Position numbers and translations under genes: made by a program. The notes beneath the pieces are model-generated. The model was not told the origin of the DNA, searched no databases, and saw only the letters and a program-made list of their open reading frames with translations. From sequence record KJ019142.1: a stretch of 64,000 nucleotides of DNA; one strand, 5' to 3'. This document shows positions 1-9,358 of this stretch, piece by piece. Numbering within the stretch: the first letter of the stretch is position 1; every line of letters begins with the position of its first letter.

Positions 1-930
1 ATGAGCTTCGCAAACCTAAAGAAACAGTCCTCCCTTGGTTCTCTCACTGAGAAACTTGTGAAGGAAGTCGAGAAGATGAATAATACACAGTCCGGTGGTG
101 AAGACGACCGTTACTGGAAACTCACATGTGACAAGTCACAGAACGGATATGCAGTTATCCGTTTCCTCCCTGCACCAGACAGTGAGGATATGCCTTTCGT
201 AAAACTATACTCCCACGCCTTCCAGTCAAAGGGTGGATGGTTTATCGAAAACAGTCTAACTACACTCAATCAGAAAGATCCTGTATCTGAGTATAACTCT
301 GAACTCTGGAACAACGGAACTGAAGCAGGTAAAGAACAGGCACGTAAGCAGAAACGTAAGCTCACCTATATCGCTAACATCTACGTAGTGAAGGATCCAG
401 CTAACCCCGACAATGAGGGTCGTGTATTCCTCTACAAGTTCGGTAAGAAGATCTTTGACAAACTCATGAGTGCAATGCAACCTGAGTTTGAAGATGAAGA
501 AGCCATCAACCCCTTTGATTTCTGGGAAGGTGCAAACTTCAACCTCAAGGCTAAGAGCGTTGCAGGTTATCGTAACTACGACTCCTCTGGATTCGGTAAG
601 GTTACTGCCCTCAACGATGATGATGAGGTTCTAGAAGGTGTCTGGAAGAAAGAATACTCTCTTGCTGAACTCGTAGCCCCTGATCAGTTCAAGGACTATG
701 AGACACTCAAGAAGCGTATGACTCAAGTTCTGGGACTGAGTGGTACTTCACGTCCAGCACCACAAGAAGATAGTGGTGATGAGGATATCGAATCACAACT
801 TCGTTCTTCTCGTCCTGCATTTGCTAAGGAAGAGAGTTCATACTCTGAACCTGAACTACCTTCTATGAGTTCTAGTGGAGACGATATGGATGAAAGTTTA
901 TCGTATTTTCAATCGTTAGCTTCTGACTGA
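1..930 (+). CDS. gp32: T4-like single-stranded DNA-binding protein gp32
   Basis: MSFANLKKQS N-terminus, AVIRFLPAP, FIENSLTT, LYKFGKKIFDK, PFDFWEGANF and acidic tail ending YFQSLASD, all typical of cyanophage gp32. Confidence 0.95.
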   Translation: MSFANLKKQSSLGSLTEKLVKEVEKMNNTQSGGEDDRYWKLTCDKSQNGYAVIRFLPAPDSEDMPFVKLYSHAFQSKGGWFIENSLTTLNQKDPVSEYNSELWNNGTEAGKEQARKQKRKLTYIANIYVVKDPANPDNEGRVFLYKFGKKIFDKLMSAMQPEFEDEEAINPFDFWEGANFNLKAKSVAGYRNYDSSGFGKVTALNDDDEVLEGVWKKEYSLAELVAPDQFKDYETLKKRMTQVLGLSGTSRPAPQEDSGDEDIESQLRSSRPAFAKEESSYSEPELPSMSSSGDDMDESLSYFQSLASD

Positions 931-956
931 TATATAACCCAGGAGAATATTTTACT

Positions 957-1280
957 ATGAAAATTGTACTAGCTATCGTAGCTGCCTTCTTTCTTGCACT
1001 TCCTGCTTATGCTGCTGATGTTCAAATGGGTTTCAACGGAAACCTGGTATTTGAACCTAATGAACTCACAATCTCCGCAGGAGATACAGTCCACTTTCTG
1101 AATGATATGCTTCCTCCACATAATATTATTGTGGAGGCTAGACCTGACCTTTCACGGGAGTCACTTATGTTTAACCCAGGTGAGTCACAAGATATTGTGT
1201 TCGCTGATGTAGGTGACTATGAGTTCTTCTGTGGTCCTCATCAGGGAGCCGGAATGACCGGAGTGATTCACGTTGAGTGA
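957..1280 (+). CDS. petE: Plastocyanin (auxiliary metabolic gene)
   Basis: Signal peptide ending AYA, cupredoxin motifs LVFEP, GDTVHF, PPHNI and FFCGPHQGAGMTG (His/Cys/His/Met copper ligands). Confidence 0.95.
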   Translation: MKIVLAIVAAFFLALPAYAADVQMGFNGNLVFEPNELTISAGDTVHFLNDMLPPHNIIVEARPDLSRESLMFNPGESQDIVFADVGDYEFFCGPHQGAGMTGVIHVE

Positions 1281-1661
1281 TCAGTTCTGAACAAGATACT
1301 TTAGAGGTAGAGTCAATGCTGTCTTTACCTCTATAGTTTTTAACTCATAATAAGAAGTTGCACTCTGGTTCCAGTCATACTGACGAACCTTATTCAAGTG
1401 CATATTATATCCAACAAACCCCCAGTTATACACTGCGTTCACCGATGTAATCGGATACTGATCGTAGAGTAGATTGGGGGTTTTTGCGTAGTAATTGTAA
1501 ATATATACCTTTCCTGGTAGGGGGGCGTTGACTTCAGAGTCCTTGAGTCTAGCCATCACCAAGTCCATAATATCATCAGACTTTTCTGTTCCAATTAGAT
1601 TATCTAGAATAGGTTTTAGTCTATTGGAATTCTTCTGTTGGGATATCTTCTTTCTAGCCAT
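1281..1661 (-). CDS. Probable gp2-like DNA end-protector protein
   Basis: PGKVYIYNYYAKTPNLLYDQYP resembles the gp2 core motif; lies downstream of gp4 on the same strand. Confidence 0.5.
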   Translation of the reverse strand: MARKKISQQKNSNRLKPILDNLIGTEKSDDIMDLVMARLKDSEVNAPLPGKVYIYNYYAKTPNLLYDQYPITSVNAVYNWGFVGYNMHLNKVRQYDWNQSATSYYELKTIEVKTALTLPLKYLVQN

Positions 1662-2094
1662 TCTTAAATAGATCCTTTTCTGTTAGTATCCTGAACTCTA
1701 ACCCATTATCAAGACAGAACTCTTCTGCCGCCTTCCACTTAGCTGTATTCTGTGCGTAGAGTGACTCAGCAATCATCACATTCTTAGTCCGCTTTGTATA
1801 TTTGGGTGGACTACACTCACGGTGGGGTTTGATTTCAATGAGACACTTCTTAATTCCACCACCCTTCTTTACATACTCAACATAGAAGTCTGGGAAATAC
1901 CTGGCTACCTTTTTCTTCATGGGGTTCCAATACTTGATGGCGATTTCTTCAGAACCCCAACGTTGGACAGTTTCTCTACTATCCAAATAAAGCATGAATT
2001 TTCTTTCCCAGCCTGATCTATACACAATCTGATTGGGATTTCCAATATACTTTTTGGGATTAGAGGGTTTGTAAACACCCTTCATGCTTGCCAT
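1654..2094 (-). CDS. gp4: Head completion protein gp4 (TnsA-like nuclease fold)
   Basis: YKPSNPKKYIG, YRSGWERKFM, WGSEEIAIKY, YFPDF, LIEIKP, KWKAAEEFC, ILTEKDL. Confidence 0.92.
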   Translation of the reverse strand: MASMKGVYKPSNPKKYIGNPNQIVYRSGWERKFMLYLDSRETVQRWGSEEIAIKYWNPMKKKVARYFPDFYVEYVKKGGGIKKCLIEIKPHRECSPPKYTKRTKNVMIAESLYAQNTAKWKAAEEFCLDNGLEFRILTEKDLFKNG

Positions 2095-2101
2095 ATAAAT
2101 A
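2094..2101 (+). promoter_or_regulatory. T4-type late promoter (gp54)
   Basis: TATAAATA. Confidence 0.8.
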
Positions 2102-2118
2102 ATAATAGTCCCTAGTAG

Positions 2119-2124
2119 TATTTA
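2119..2124 (-). promoter_or_regulatory. Divergent late promoter (gp4)
   Basis: TATTTA on plus = TAAATA on minus. Confidence 0.6.
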
Positions 2125-2129
2125 GTAGA

Positions 2130-2876
2130 GTGAGAAGAGATCTAACCCTACAGGATGTTCGTCCTCTAATAGGGAACCTATCACGGACAAATATCTACCA
2201 AGTGCAATTTGGTGGATTGAGTCCTGGTCTTATTGGATATCTAGCTTCTAGGAGTGTTGGTTCCCAGTTTATCGCAGATGGTGCTGGTTTGATGTGCTAT
2301 GAAGCTTCCCTACCAGGATCATCACTATCACAAGTTCAGAGTTCTAACTTCCACGGAGTGGTAGAGAACTTTGCACACACAAGAGTATTCACACCCATTA
2401 CCTTATCATTCTATTGTGACAGTGGTTATCAAACACTGAGAATGTTGGAACACTGGATGGAGTATGTTGTCAGTGGAAATGGAACATCAGGAATGGCATA
2501 TGGTGGAAATAACTATAACTATCGTCTAAAGTATCCCAATGACCCATCAGATGGGTATAAGTGTGACTCTACTAGTGTATATAAGTTTGAAGGTGACAGG
2601 GAAAATGGAAGTGTGATGGAGTATTCCTTCATTGGACTGTATCCTTCCAACCTATCCTCAGTCCCTGTTAGATACGGACCCAATAATGAGATTACTAGAG
2701 TAACTTGTAGTTTCTCCTATGATAGGTATGTTGCTGGATCTAAAAGAAGTTTTGATTGGGTTCTTGGTAACTCTAACAATAGAGATCAATCTAACGGTAA
2801 CTTTATTAATCAAACAGTTAGGGATCTTTTGGATGTTGGTGTTGACTTTGTTGGTAACATCCTAAACAGGAGATAA
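2130..2876 (+). CDS. gp54: Baseplate tail-tube initiator (gp54-like, tail-tube fold)
   Basis: SRTNIYQV start, WMEYV, LYPSNLSSVP...TCSFSYDRY; GTG start behind a TATAAATA late promoter; adjacent to gp48. Confidence 0.65.
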   Translation: MRRDLTLQDVRPLIGNLSRTNIYQVQFGGLSPGLIGYLASRSVGSQFIADGAGLMCYEASLPGSSLSQVQSSNFHGVVENFAHTRVFTPITLSFYCDSGYQTLRMLEHWMEYVVSGNGTSGMAYGGNNYNYRLKYPNDPSDGYKCDSTSVYKFEGDRENGSVMEYSFIGLYPSNLSSVPVRYGPNNEITRVTCSFSYDRYVAGSKRSFDWVLGNSNNRDQSNGNFINQTVRDLLDVGVDFVGNILNRR

Positions 2877-2884
2877 ATAGTAAT

Positions 2885-3844
2885 ATGGCAAAATCTAAGA
2901 AACAACTAAGATACCCACTTACTAGGATTGAGTCCAACTCCGACTATCTAGCTATTAATGTGTGTAAATATAATCCACCAGGTTTTACTGGGGGTAACAC
3001 TTCTGATACTATGTTCGATATCCCATCCAGCACTAGTATAGGTGGTGGTGGTAACTGCTCAAAGAAATCTATTGAGGGTAATATTTTATTGCCCATGCCT
3101 GATTCAATCGTAGACTCAAATATAACTAACTGGGAGAGTAATGAGATTAATAGTGTAGCTGCTTCTGCCATTGGTAATATCAAACAGGGATTGGAGGAAT
3201 TTACACTAGATAGTATGATAAACAGCCCAGGAGAAGCACTCAAAAAAGGATTGCAAACAGCACAAACTACAGCAAGTAACGCTTTAGACGCCGCAAAGGA
3301 TCCAGCTGTTTCTGCTGCTTTGGAAAACTACTTTATTGGTAATGCTGTTAATCTATTTGGTGCAAACGTAGACGCAACATCACTCCTATCCAGAGAAAAG
3401 GGTTTAGTTCTTAACCCAAACATGGAGTTTCTATTCAAAGGTGTTCAACTTCGATCTTTCGACTTCACCTTTGTCATGAACCCCAGAAGTAGACAGGAGT
3501 CTATGGAGATTAAATCTATCATCAATACCTTCAAGAAGAGAATGGCAGCTAAGAGTAGTGCTGAGGGATCAGGACCTAGAGGGTTATTTGTCAAAGCGCC
3601 TGATGTATTTGAACTCCAATTTAAGAGGGGTTCTTCCAAACATCCTTTCTTATATACTATGAAGACTTGCGCACTCACAAAGATGACTGTAGATTATATG
3701 AGAACTGGTAACTATATCACATATGAGGATAGTACTCCAGTTCAATTAGCAATGGCTTTGAGTTTCACTGAACTCAACCCAATATATGCAGAGGATTATG
3801 ATATGAATAACCTACCTGGTTCAGATGAAGGAGTTGGATTCTAA
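2885..3844 (+). CDS. gp48: Baseplate tail-tube cap gp48
   Basis: LRYP, ILLPMP, LNPNMEFLFKGVQLRSFDFTF, PRSRQES, CALTKMTVDY, LSFTELNPIY. Confidence 0.88.
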   Translation: MAKSKKQLRYPLTRIESNSDYLAINVCKYNPPGFTGGNTSDTMFDIPSSTSIGGGGNCSKKSIEGNILLPMPDSIVDSNITNWESNEINSVAASAIGNIKQGLEEFTLDSMINSPGEALKKGLQTAQTTASNALDAAKDPAVSAALENYFIGNAVNLFGANVDATSLLSREKGLVLNPNMEFLFKGVQLRSFDFTFVMNPRSRQESMEIKSIINTFKKRMAAKSSAEGSGPRGLFVKAPDVFELQFKRGSSKHPFLYTMKTCALTKMTVDYMRTGNYITYEDSTPVQLAMALSFTELNPIYAEDYDMNNLPGSDEGVGF

Positions 3845-4503
3845 TGACTTATTTTAGAGAACTACCAAACTTAGAATACGAAAACTTCCTATCAGATTCC
3901 AATGGATCTGGTGATTATATCCTAATGAAGAATATCTTCGTTAGGGGAAAACTTCGTGATGACTTACAAAATGTATTAACTCTATTCAATAAGTATATTA
4001 TTGAAGAGGATGAGAGGCCAGATCAGATTGCTCTGAAACTATATGGTGATCCAGGTTTAGATTGGGTTATTCGTATGGTGGGTGAAATTACTAACATGCC
4101 CAACGATTGGCCAATATCTTCACAACAACTCTATGAGTTCTGTGTGGAAAAGTATGATGGTGAGAAGGGTATGAATGGTGTTAAGTATTATCAAACTACT
4201 GAAGTTAAAGACTCACAGGGTAGAATATTACTAGCAGCTGGTCTCACAGTTGATAAGAACTTCACAATCCCTGATCCCGATCCAGATCACCAGGGTAATA
4301 TTATTAATCCAACTGAACCAGTTACTAACTACGCATACGAAACCAATCTTAACGATAGTAAGAGGGAACTATATGTATTGAAGAAGTCGTTCATTGGTCA
4401 GTTTGTGAGTGATATGAGAGATATTAATACATATGGATTCAACTCTGAGTTTGTGAATTCTAAAACTCTTCGTGTGGCAAACACTAGGGTAACCAATCCC
4501 TGA
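3844..4503 (+). CDS. gp53: Baseplate wedge subunit gp53
   Basis: YFRELPNLEY, ERPDQIALKLYGDPGLDWVI (LysM-like), TNYAYETNLNDSKRELYVLK. Confidence 0.9.
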   Translation: MTYFRELPNLEYENFLSDSNGSGDYILMKNIFVRGKLRDDLQNVLTLFNKYIIEEDERPDQIALKLYGDPGLDWVIRMVGEITNMPNDWPISSQQLYEFCVEKYDGEKGMNGVKYYQTTEVKDSQGRILLAAGLTVDKNFTIPDPDPDHQGNIINPTEPVTNYAYETNLNDSKRELYVLKKSFIGQFVSDMRDINTYGFNSEFVNSKTLRVANTRVTNP

Positions 4504-4509
4504 TAAATA
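4503..4509 (+). promoter_or_regulatory. Late promoter (gp26)
   Basis: ATAAATA. Confidence 0.7.
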
Positions 4510-4539
4510 CAGCATACCTTTCTATATTATTCTTACATC

Positions 4540-5250
4540 ATGGCGTTACCTAAGATTGCCAAGATAACCTATGAATTGGTTATTCCTTCCACTGGCAAAA
4601 AGATTAAGTATAGACCTTTTCTAGTTAAAGAAGAGAAAGTTCTTATTCTTGCACAAGAATCTGGTTCCCAAACGGAAATGACCAGAGCTATTAAAGATGT
4701 TATCTCTGCTTGTGTTCAAACTCGTGGATTTAAGGTCGATCAGATGGCAACCTTTGATATTGAGTATGTCTTCTTAAACATTAGGGGGAGATCTGTCGGT
4801 GAATCTGTGGATGTTATCGTCACCTGTCCAGATGACGAAAAGACTACAGTTCCCGTTACTATTTATCTAGATGAAATTGAGGTTATCTTTGATGAAAACC
4901 ACGAGGCAAACATCAAGTTAGATGATACTTACTCTGTACAGATGAAGTATCCCACTATGGAACAGGTCATGGAAGCAGATGCTGACAACATCTCCATCCA
5001 AGAAAGTCTAGAACTGATTGCCAAGTGTATTGATCAGATTTATAGTGAAGAGGAATCTTTCGCCGCTTCTGATTCTTCACTGAAGGAACTTGTATCATGG
5101 GTAGAGGATCTGGAACCTAAACAGTTTACTAAACTAGAGAACTTCTTCACCACCATGCCTAAGTTATCACATACTATTAATGTGATGAACCCAGAAACAG
5201 ATGTTGAGAGTTCTGTCGTATTGGAGGGACTGGGTAGTTTTTTCGCGTAA
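4540..5250 (+). CDS. gp26: Baseplate hub subunit gp26
   Basis: MALPKI, YRPFLVKEEKVL, FDIEYVFLNIRGRSVGE, FFTTMPKL, LEGLGSFF. Confidence 0.92.
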   Translation: MALPKIAKITYELVIPSTGKKIKYRPFLVKEEKVLILAQESGSQTEMTRAIKDVISACVQTRGFKVDQMATFDIEYVFLNIRGRSVGESVDVIVTCPDDEKTTVPVTIYLDEIEVIFDENHEANIKLDDTYSVQMKYPTMEQVMEADADNISIQESLELIAKCIDQIYSEEESFAASDSSLKELVSWVEDLEPKQFTKLENFFTTMPKLSHTINVMNPETDVESSVVLEGLGSFFA

Positions 5251-5252
5251 GT

Positions 5253-5432
5253 ATGGCTCACATGGATCTAGAGTCATACTATAAGACCAACTTTGCACTG
5301 ATGCAACACCACAAGTACAACCTCTCCGATATTGAAGATATGATCCCATGGGAGAGGGACATCTATGTTACTCTACTCAAGAACTGGATTGAGGAAGAGG
5401 AACAACGAATCGCACAACAGCAGAAAGGATGA
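5253..5432 (+). CDS. gp51: Baseplate hub assembly catalyst gp51 (59 aa, absent from ORF track)
   Basis: My translation: MAHMDLESYYKTNFALMQHHKYNLSDIEDMIPWERDIYVTLLKNWIEEEEQR; follows gp26. Confidence 0.88.
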   Translation: MAHMDLESYYKTNFALMQHHKYNLSDIEDMIPWERDIYVTLLKNWIEEEEQRIAQQQKG

Positions 5433-7363
5433 GTTTATTCACCTCCGCTACTTCAGGTGTAGATCCCCAAACAGGATCTTACCTCTCTAAGGAACAAAGA
5501 GTTGCGATGTTCCAATCCTCCCGTGGTCGTGGAGGTGGTGGAAGCGCTACGCCTGAAGGTAAAAGAGGTAAAGTTGCACCACAGAATGCCATTGTTGTAG
5601 CAAACAAGATGGCACAGGTGGTTCAGACACTCCAGACAAATACACAGGAGACTGTTCAAGCTGTTAATGTAAAGGTTCAAGAGAACGCACAGAATATTGA
5701 AAACCTCTACAAATCTGTTCAGAATAACAGATCAGCAGAGGCTAAGGAAGAAAAAGCAGAGACAAAAGATTTAAGAGCAGACAGAGAGAATGCACTAAGG
5801 GTAGGTAAAGAGAAACTTATTGAGGGCATGTCATCAGCTGTTGCTGGTCTTGTCGGTGTAGGTAAGAGGGCAGCTGATGCTGCACTTAAACCCGTTATGG
5901 GTTTCTGGGAAAAGATTAAAGGATTCTTGCTTAATATAGCAGCAGCTTGGGCTATTAAGAATCTCCCAGTTATTATGGGTTATGTTGAAGATTTTGTTAG
6001 TTGGTTAGGTGACTTTAAGAGTTGGTTGCCTAAGTCTCTTACGGGTCTTCGTGGTGTATGGTCTATTGCGGATAATATTATCCGAGCAATGTGGCGCGGT
6101 TTCAGTCGTATTGGCGGCACAATATACCGTATCGCTACATGGTTAACTAGAAAGTTATTTTCACTACTCAAGAGAATATTTGCACCTATTGGTAGATTTG
6201 TTTCAAGAATAGTAGGTGGTATTGTTGACTTCCTGAGACCAATAGTATCTAGAGCACTGAGAGGTTTGGGTGATGCACTTGGTGGAATGGGGAACTCCAT
6301 CAATCGAGCTTTTGGTGGTGGTGGTAGTTCCAGTGGTCTAGGTGGAGTTAAAGGTGGCGCTGGTGTTGAACCTGGTCAGAAGGCAATAGCTGGAGCTGCC
6401 GAAGAAGGTGGAGGTCTTTTGAGTGGCATCAGGAAATTCTTCAAAGGGCTTGGGGATAAAGGCAAGGCTGCTTTTACTAAAGGTCAAGAGTTATTCGCGA
6501 GTGGTGGTAAAAAGATTCAGCAGGGTATAGGTGCAATACAGGAAACCACCACTGGAGTTAAACCACAACCCGAAAAGCATGCGGGGTGGCTTAAAAAAGC
6601 ATTAACTCCTATTGGTGACCTTCTTCCCGGTATGAAGGGAGCACTTAGTGGTGTAGGTAAACTAATCAATGGTGTTCTTAAAGTTGTTCCTGGTATTGGT
6701 TTTGCTATTGATTTGGCTCTAAACAAGGGAATCAATGGTGATGACTGGACTACTGCTATTGTAGCCGCTCTTGGTTCCTCTGTCGCTGGTGGTATTGGTA
6801 TTGCTGGTGGTGCTAAGATTGGTGGTGGAGTTGGTTTTGCTCTTGGTACTGCTATTCCTGGTATAGGTAACATTGTTGGTGCCGCTATTGGTGCCGGTCT
6901 TGGTGGTATTATCGGTGGTATTGCTGGTGGTGCTCTTGGTGATACTGCAGCTAGAATGGGTCTGGATGCATTAAATATAGGAGAAAGTGCTCAGTCGGAA
7001 AACAAACCAGCTGATATAGGTTCTCCTGGCGGTGCGATGGATCTTGAGGGTGGTGCTCACGAAACAGTACCTGCTAGTTCTGTGGGAGCTACAACTAACA
7101 ATAACTCAACATCAGGTATGGTTAGTAGTGCAACCAGTGGTAGTAGCACACCAGAAGGTATGTCAGAACCAAACGGTGGTAATACTACTTCTGTTGAAAC
7201 CATTAATCTAGCTCCTAATGTTGTAGATAGTGGTAAGGAGGATAGTTCTGGAAAACTTGAAGTGCCGTCTATGATTGATGATAACCCCTTCTGGCAGACA
7301 GCAGATCCAGCTTCTGATATGTACAGGAGTTTCGCTTCAACTGAATACGAGTTGGTACACTAA
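5429..7363 (+). CDS. Baseplate hub / tape-measure-like virion protein with Gly-zipper segment
   Basis: Helical N-half, Gly-rich hydrophobic helices (GIAGGAKIGGGVG...), position after gp51. Confidence 0.55.
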   Translation: MSLFTSATSGVDPQTGSYLSKEQRVAMFQSSRGRGGGGSATPEGKRGKVAPQNAIVVANKMAQVVQTLQTNTQETVQAVNVKVQENAQNIENLYKSVQNNRSAEAKEEKAETKDLRADRENALRVGKEKLIEGMSSAVAGLVGVGKRAADAALKPVMGFWEKIKGFLLNIAAAWAIKNLPVIMGYVEDFVSWLGDFKSWLPKSLTGLRGVWSIADNIIRAMWRGFSRIGGTIYRIATWLTRKLFSLLKRIFAPIGRFVSRIVGGIVDFLRPIVSRALRGLGDALGGMGNSINRAFGGGGSSSGLGGVKGGAGVEPGQKAIAGAAEEGGGLLSGIRKFFKGLGDKGKAAFTKGQELFASGGKKIQQGIGAIQETTTGVKPQPEKHAGWLKKALTPIGDLLPGMKGALSGVGKLINGVLKVVPGIGFAIDLALNKGINGDDWTTAIVAALGSSVAGGIGIAGGAKIGGGVGFALGTAIPGIGNIVGAAIGAGLGGIIGGIAGGALGDTAARMGLDALNIGESAQSENKPADIGSPGGAMDLEGGAHETVPASSVGATTNNNSTSGMVSSATSGSSTPEGMSEPNGGNTTSVETINLAPNVVDSGKEDSSGKLEVPSMIDDNPFWQTADPASDMYRSFASTEYELVH

Positions 7364-9324
7364 TGGCACAACCACAAATTGCTGCAAACAAAACTAAAGC
7401 TCTGAGGATTGGTCAGAGGTTGATGGTTGGTGCCAAGAGTTTTGGTAAAGGTGTCAGGAATAGTGTTGACACTTCACAACAGGTTATCACTCAGAGTGCT
7501 CGTAAGATCAAATCAGATCAGAAAAGAATCAACGCAGAGAATAAGAAACAAGAAAGGTTTGAAGATGCAGTACGGGAAGAAACAGAGAGAAGACAGAAAT
7601 CCCTAACAAAGGGTGCATATGGTGTTGGTAGTGCTGCCAAGAAGCTAACCGAGAAGGTTATGGTGGATCCAATGAAAGCTATTTGGAACATTATTGCTGC
7701 TTGGGCTATTAAGAATCTCCCAATTATTGTTGATGAAGTTAGAAAATTTGTAAAGAAAGTAAGGATTGTAATAGCTGCTATTAATAACGCGTTTAGAGCA
7801 ACTGGTAACCTATTTAAGGGGTGGTTATCATATGGACAGGCTTGGCTGACAAATATGGTTACCTTTGACTGGGGTGACTCCACAGGTAGGTTGGAAGAAG
7901 CACAGGCTGAAATAGATAATAGTTATGATGAATTAGATGCAAGTTGGAATACTATCTACAATGTATGGGGTAAGGAGGAAGAAGAGTTAGACAAAATGCT
8001 AACTTGGTTGGATAGTGGTAAGACTATTAAACAGGCTACTGATGCTATTACACAAGGTATTCCATTGCCACAGACACCTGCTTTTGGTGATGGTAGTAGG
8101 GAAGGTGGCGGAGGTTATGGTGGATCAGGCATCCAAATGAGTGCTGATGAGCAACAACTTACAGAGTCATTGATTGCCGGTGAGGAGGGGGTAAGAACCA
8201 AAGCATATCAGGATACTGAAGGTATTTGGACGATTGGTTACGGACAAACTAGAATTAATGGTCGTGCAGTAAGACCAGGTGATACAATAACAAAAGCACA
8301 AGCATTGGGTGGTTTTAGAGGTGCTCTTGCAGAACACCAACAAAGGGCAATCAATCAACTTGGTGAGGAGAGATGGTCACAACTGGACGCAAGATCTAGA
8401 GCAGTTCTCACCTCTATAACATACAACTATGGTAGTATTCCTGGTAGAGTTCTACCTGCTGCTAAAACTGGTAATGCTGAAGACATTGCTGTAGCGATGA
8501 ATAGTTTGTATGGAGATAATAGAGGAGTTCTAAAAGGTAGAAGACAGAGAGAGCAATCTATTCTTAGGGGCGGTACTTCTTCCTACTTAGATAAAGACTT
8601 TATGGCTGGTGGTCAATTTGCAGGCTCTGGTACTGGTCCTCTAGTCATGGGTGGTGGAAATGAATCTAGTTCAGGTTCAATATCTTCATCTGGAGGCACA
8701 ACCAACACGACTGCAATGAAGAAAGGTGATATGGTTGGTGGTTTTAGTGTTAGTTCTGCATTTGGACGTAGAGCTGCACCTACTGCTGGTGCTAGTTCTA
8801 ATCATGGGGGTCTTGATATTGCTACTCCACAAGGAACATACTTAGCTTTTGATGTTGATGTTGAGATTATGTTCGCTGGTTCAGCTGGTGGATATGGATA
8901 TGTCATTGATGCTTGGTCGGCATCATTAGGAATTCAGTTCCGTTGTGCTCACATGTCAGTATTAATGTGTAACCCAGGACAGAAAGTTCGTGCTGGAACT
9001 GCTGTTGGTAGAACTGGTGGTGCAGTGGGAAGTCGTGGAGCTGGTACATCCACTGGACCTCATCTTCACTTTGAAGTGAGTAATCAGAAGGGTTCTGCTA
9101 ACTATGGTGGTTCAAATAGTGCTAGTATGTTAGCCAGATACGCAAAACACTTAATCCTTAGCTCATCTAAACCACAACCACAGTCACTCAGACCAGCTAC
9201 AGTGAGTTCTTCCTCACAGCAAACCGCTAATCAACTTAACTCTTCTGCTTCCTCCAGAAGAACTAATGGTAGGAGAACTGATCAAAAAATAATACTAATC
9301 AAGGAAAATACTATTATTAAATAA
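7363..9324 (+). CDS. Virion-associated peptidoglycan hydrolase: coiled-coil + GH24 lysozyme + M23 peptidase
   Basis: EEGVRTKAYQDTEGIWTIGYG (E-x8-D-x5-T lysozyme triad), HGGLDIA and TGPHLHFEV (M23 zinc motifs). Confidence 0.85.
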   Translation: MAQPQIAANKTKALRIGQRLMVGAKSFGKGVRNSVDTSQQVITQSARKIKSDQKRINAENKKQERFEDAVREETERRQKSLTKGAYGVGSAAKKLTEKVMVDPMKAIWNIIAAWAIKNLPIIVDEVRKFVKKVRIVIAAINNAFRATGNLFKGWLSYGQAWLTNMVTFDWGDSTGRLEEAQAEIDNSYDELDASWNTIYNVWGKEEEELDKMLTWLDSGKTIKQATDAITQGIPLPQTPAFGDGSREGGGGYGGSGIQMSADEQQLTESLIAGEEGVRTKAYQDTEGIWTIGYGQTRINGRAVRPGDTITKAQALGGFRGALAEHQQRAINQLGEERWSQLDARSRAVLTSITYNYGSIPGRVLPAAKTGNAEDIAVAMNSLYGDNRGVLKGRRQREQSILRGGTSSYLDKDFMAGGQFAGSGTGPLVMGGGNESSSGSISSSGGTTNTTAMKKGDMVGGFSVSSAFGRRAAPTAGASSNHGGLDIATPQGTYLAFDVDVEIMFAGSAGGYGYVIDAWSASLGIQFRCAHMSVLMCNPGQKVRAGTAVGRTGGAVGSRGAGTSTGPHLHFEVSNQKGSANYGGSNSASMLARYAKHLILSSSKPQPQSLRPATVSSSSQQTANQLNSSASSRRTNGRRTDQKIILIKENTIIK

Positions 9325-9326
9325 CC

Positions 9327-9334
9327 TATAAATA
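9327..9334 (+). promoter_or_regulatory. Late promoter (hub/gp5)
   Basis: TATAAATA. Confidence 0.8.
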
Positions 9335-9358
9335 CCTAATATAGGTGTGTAAGGTGTA

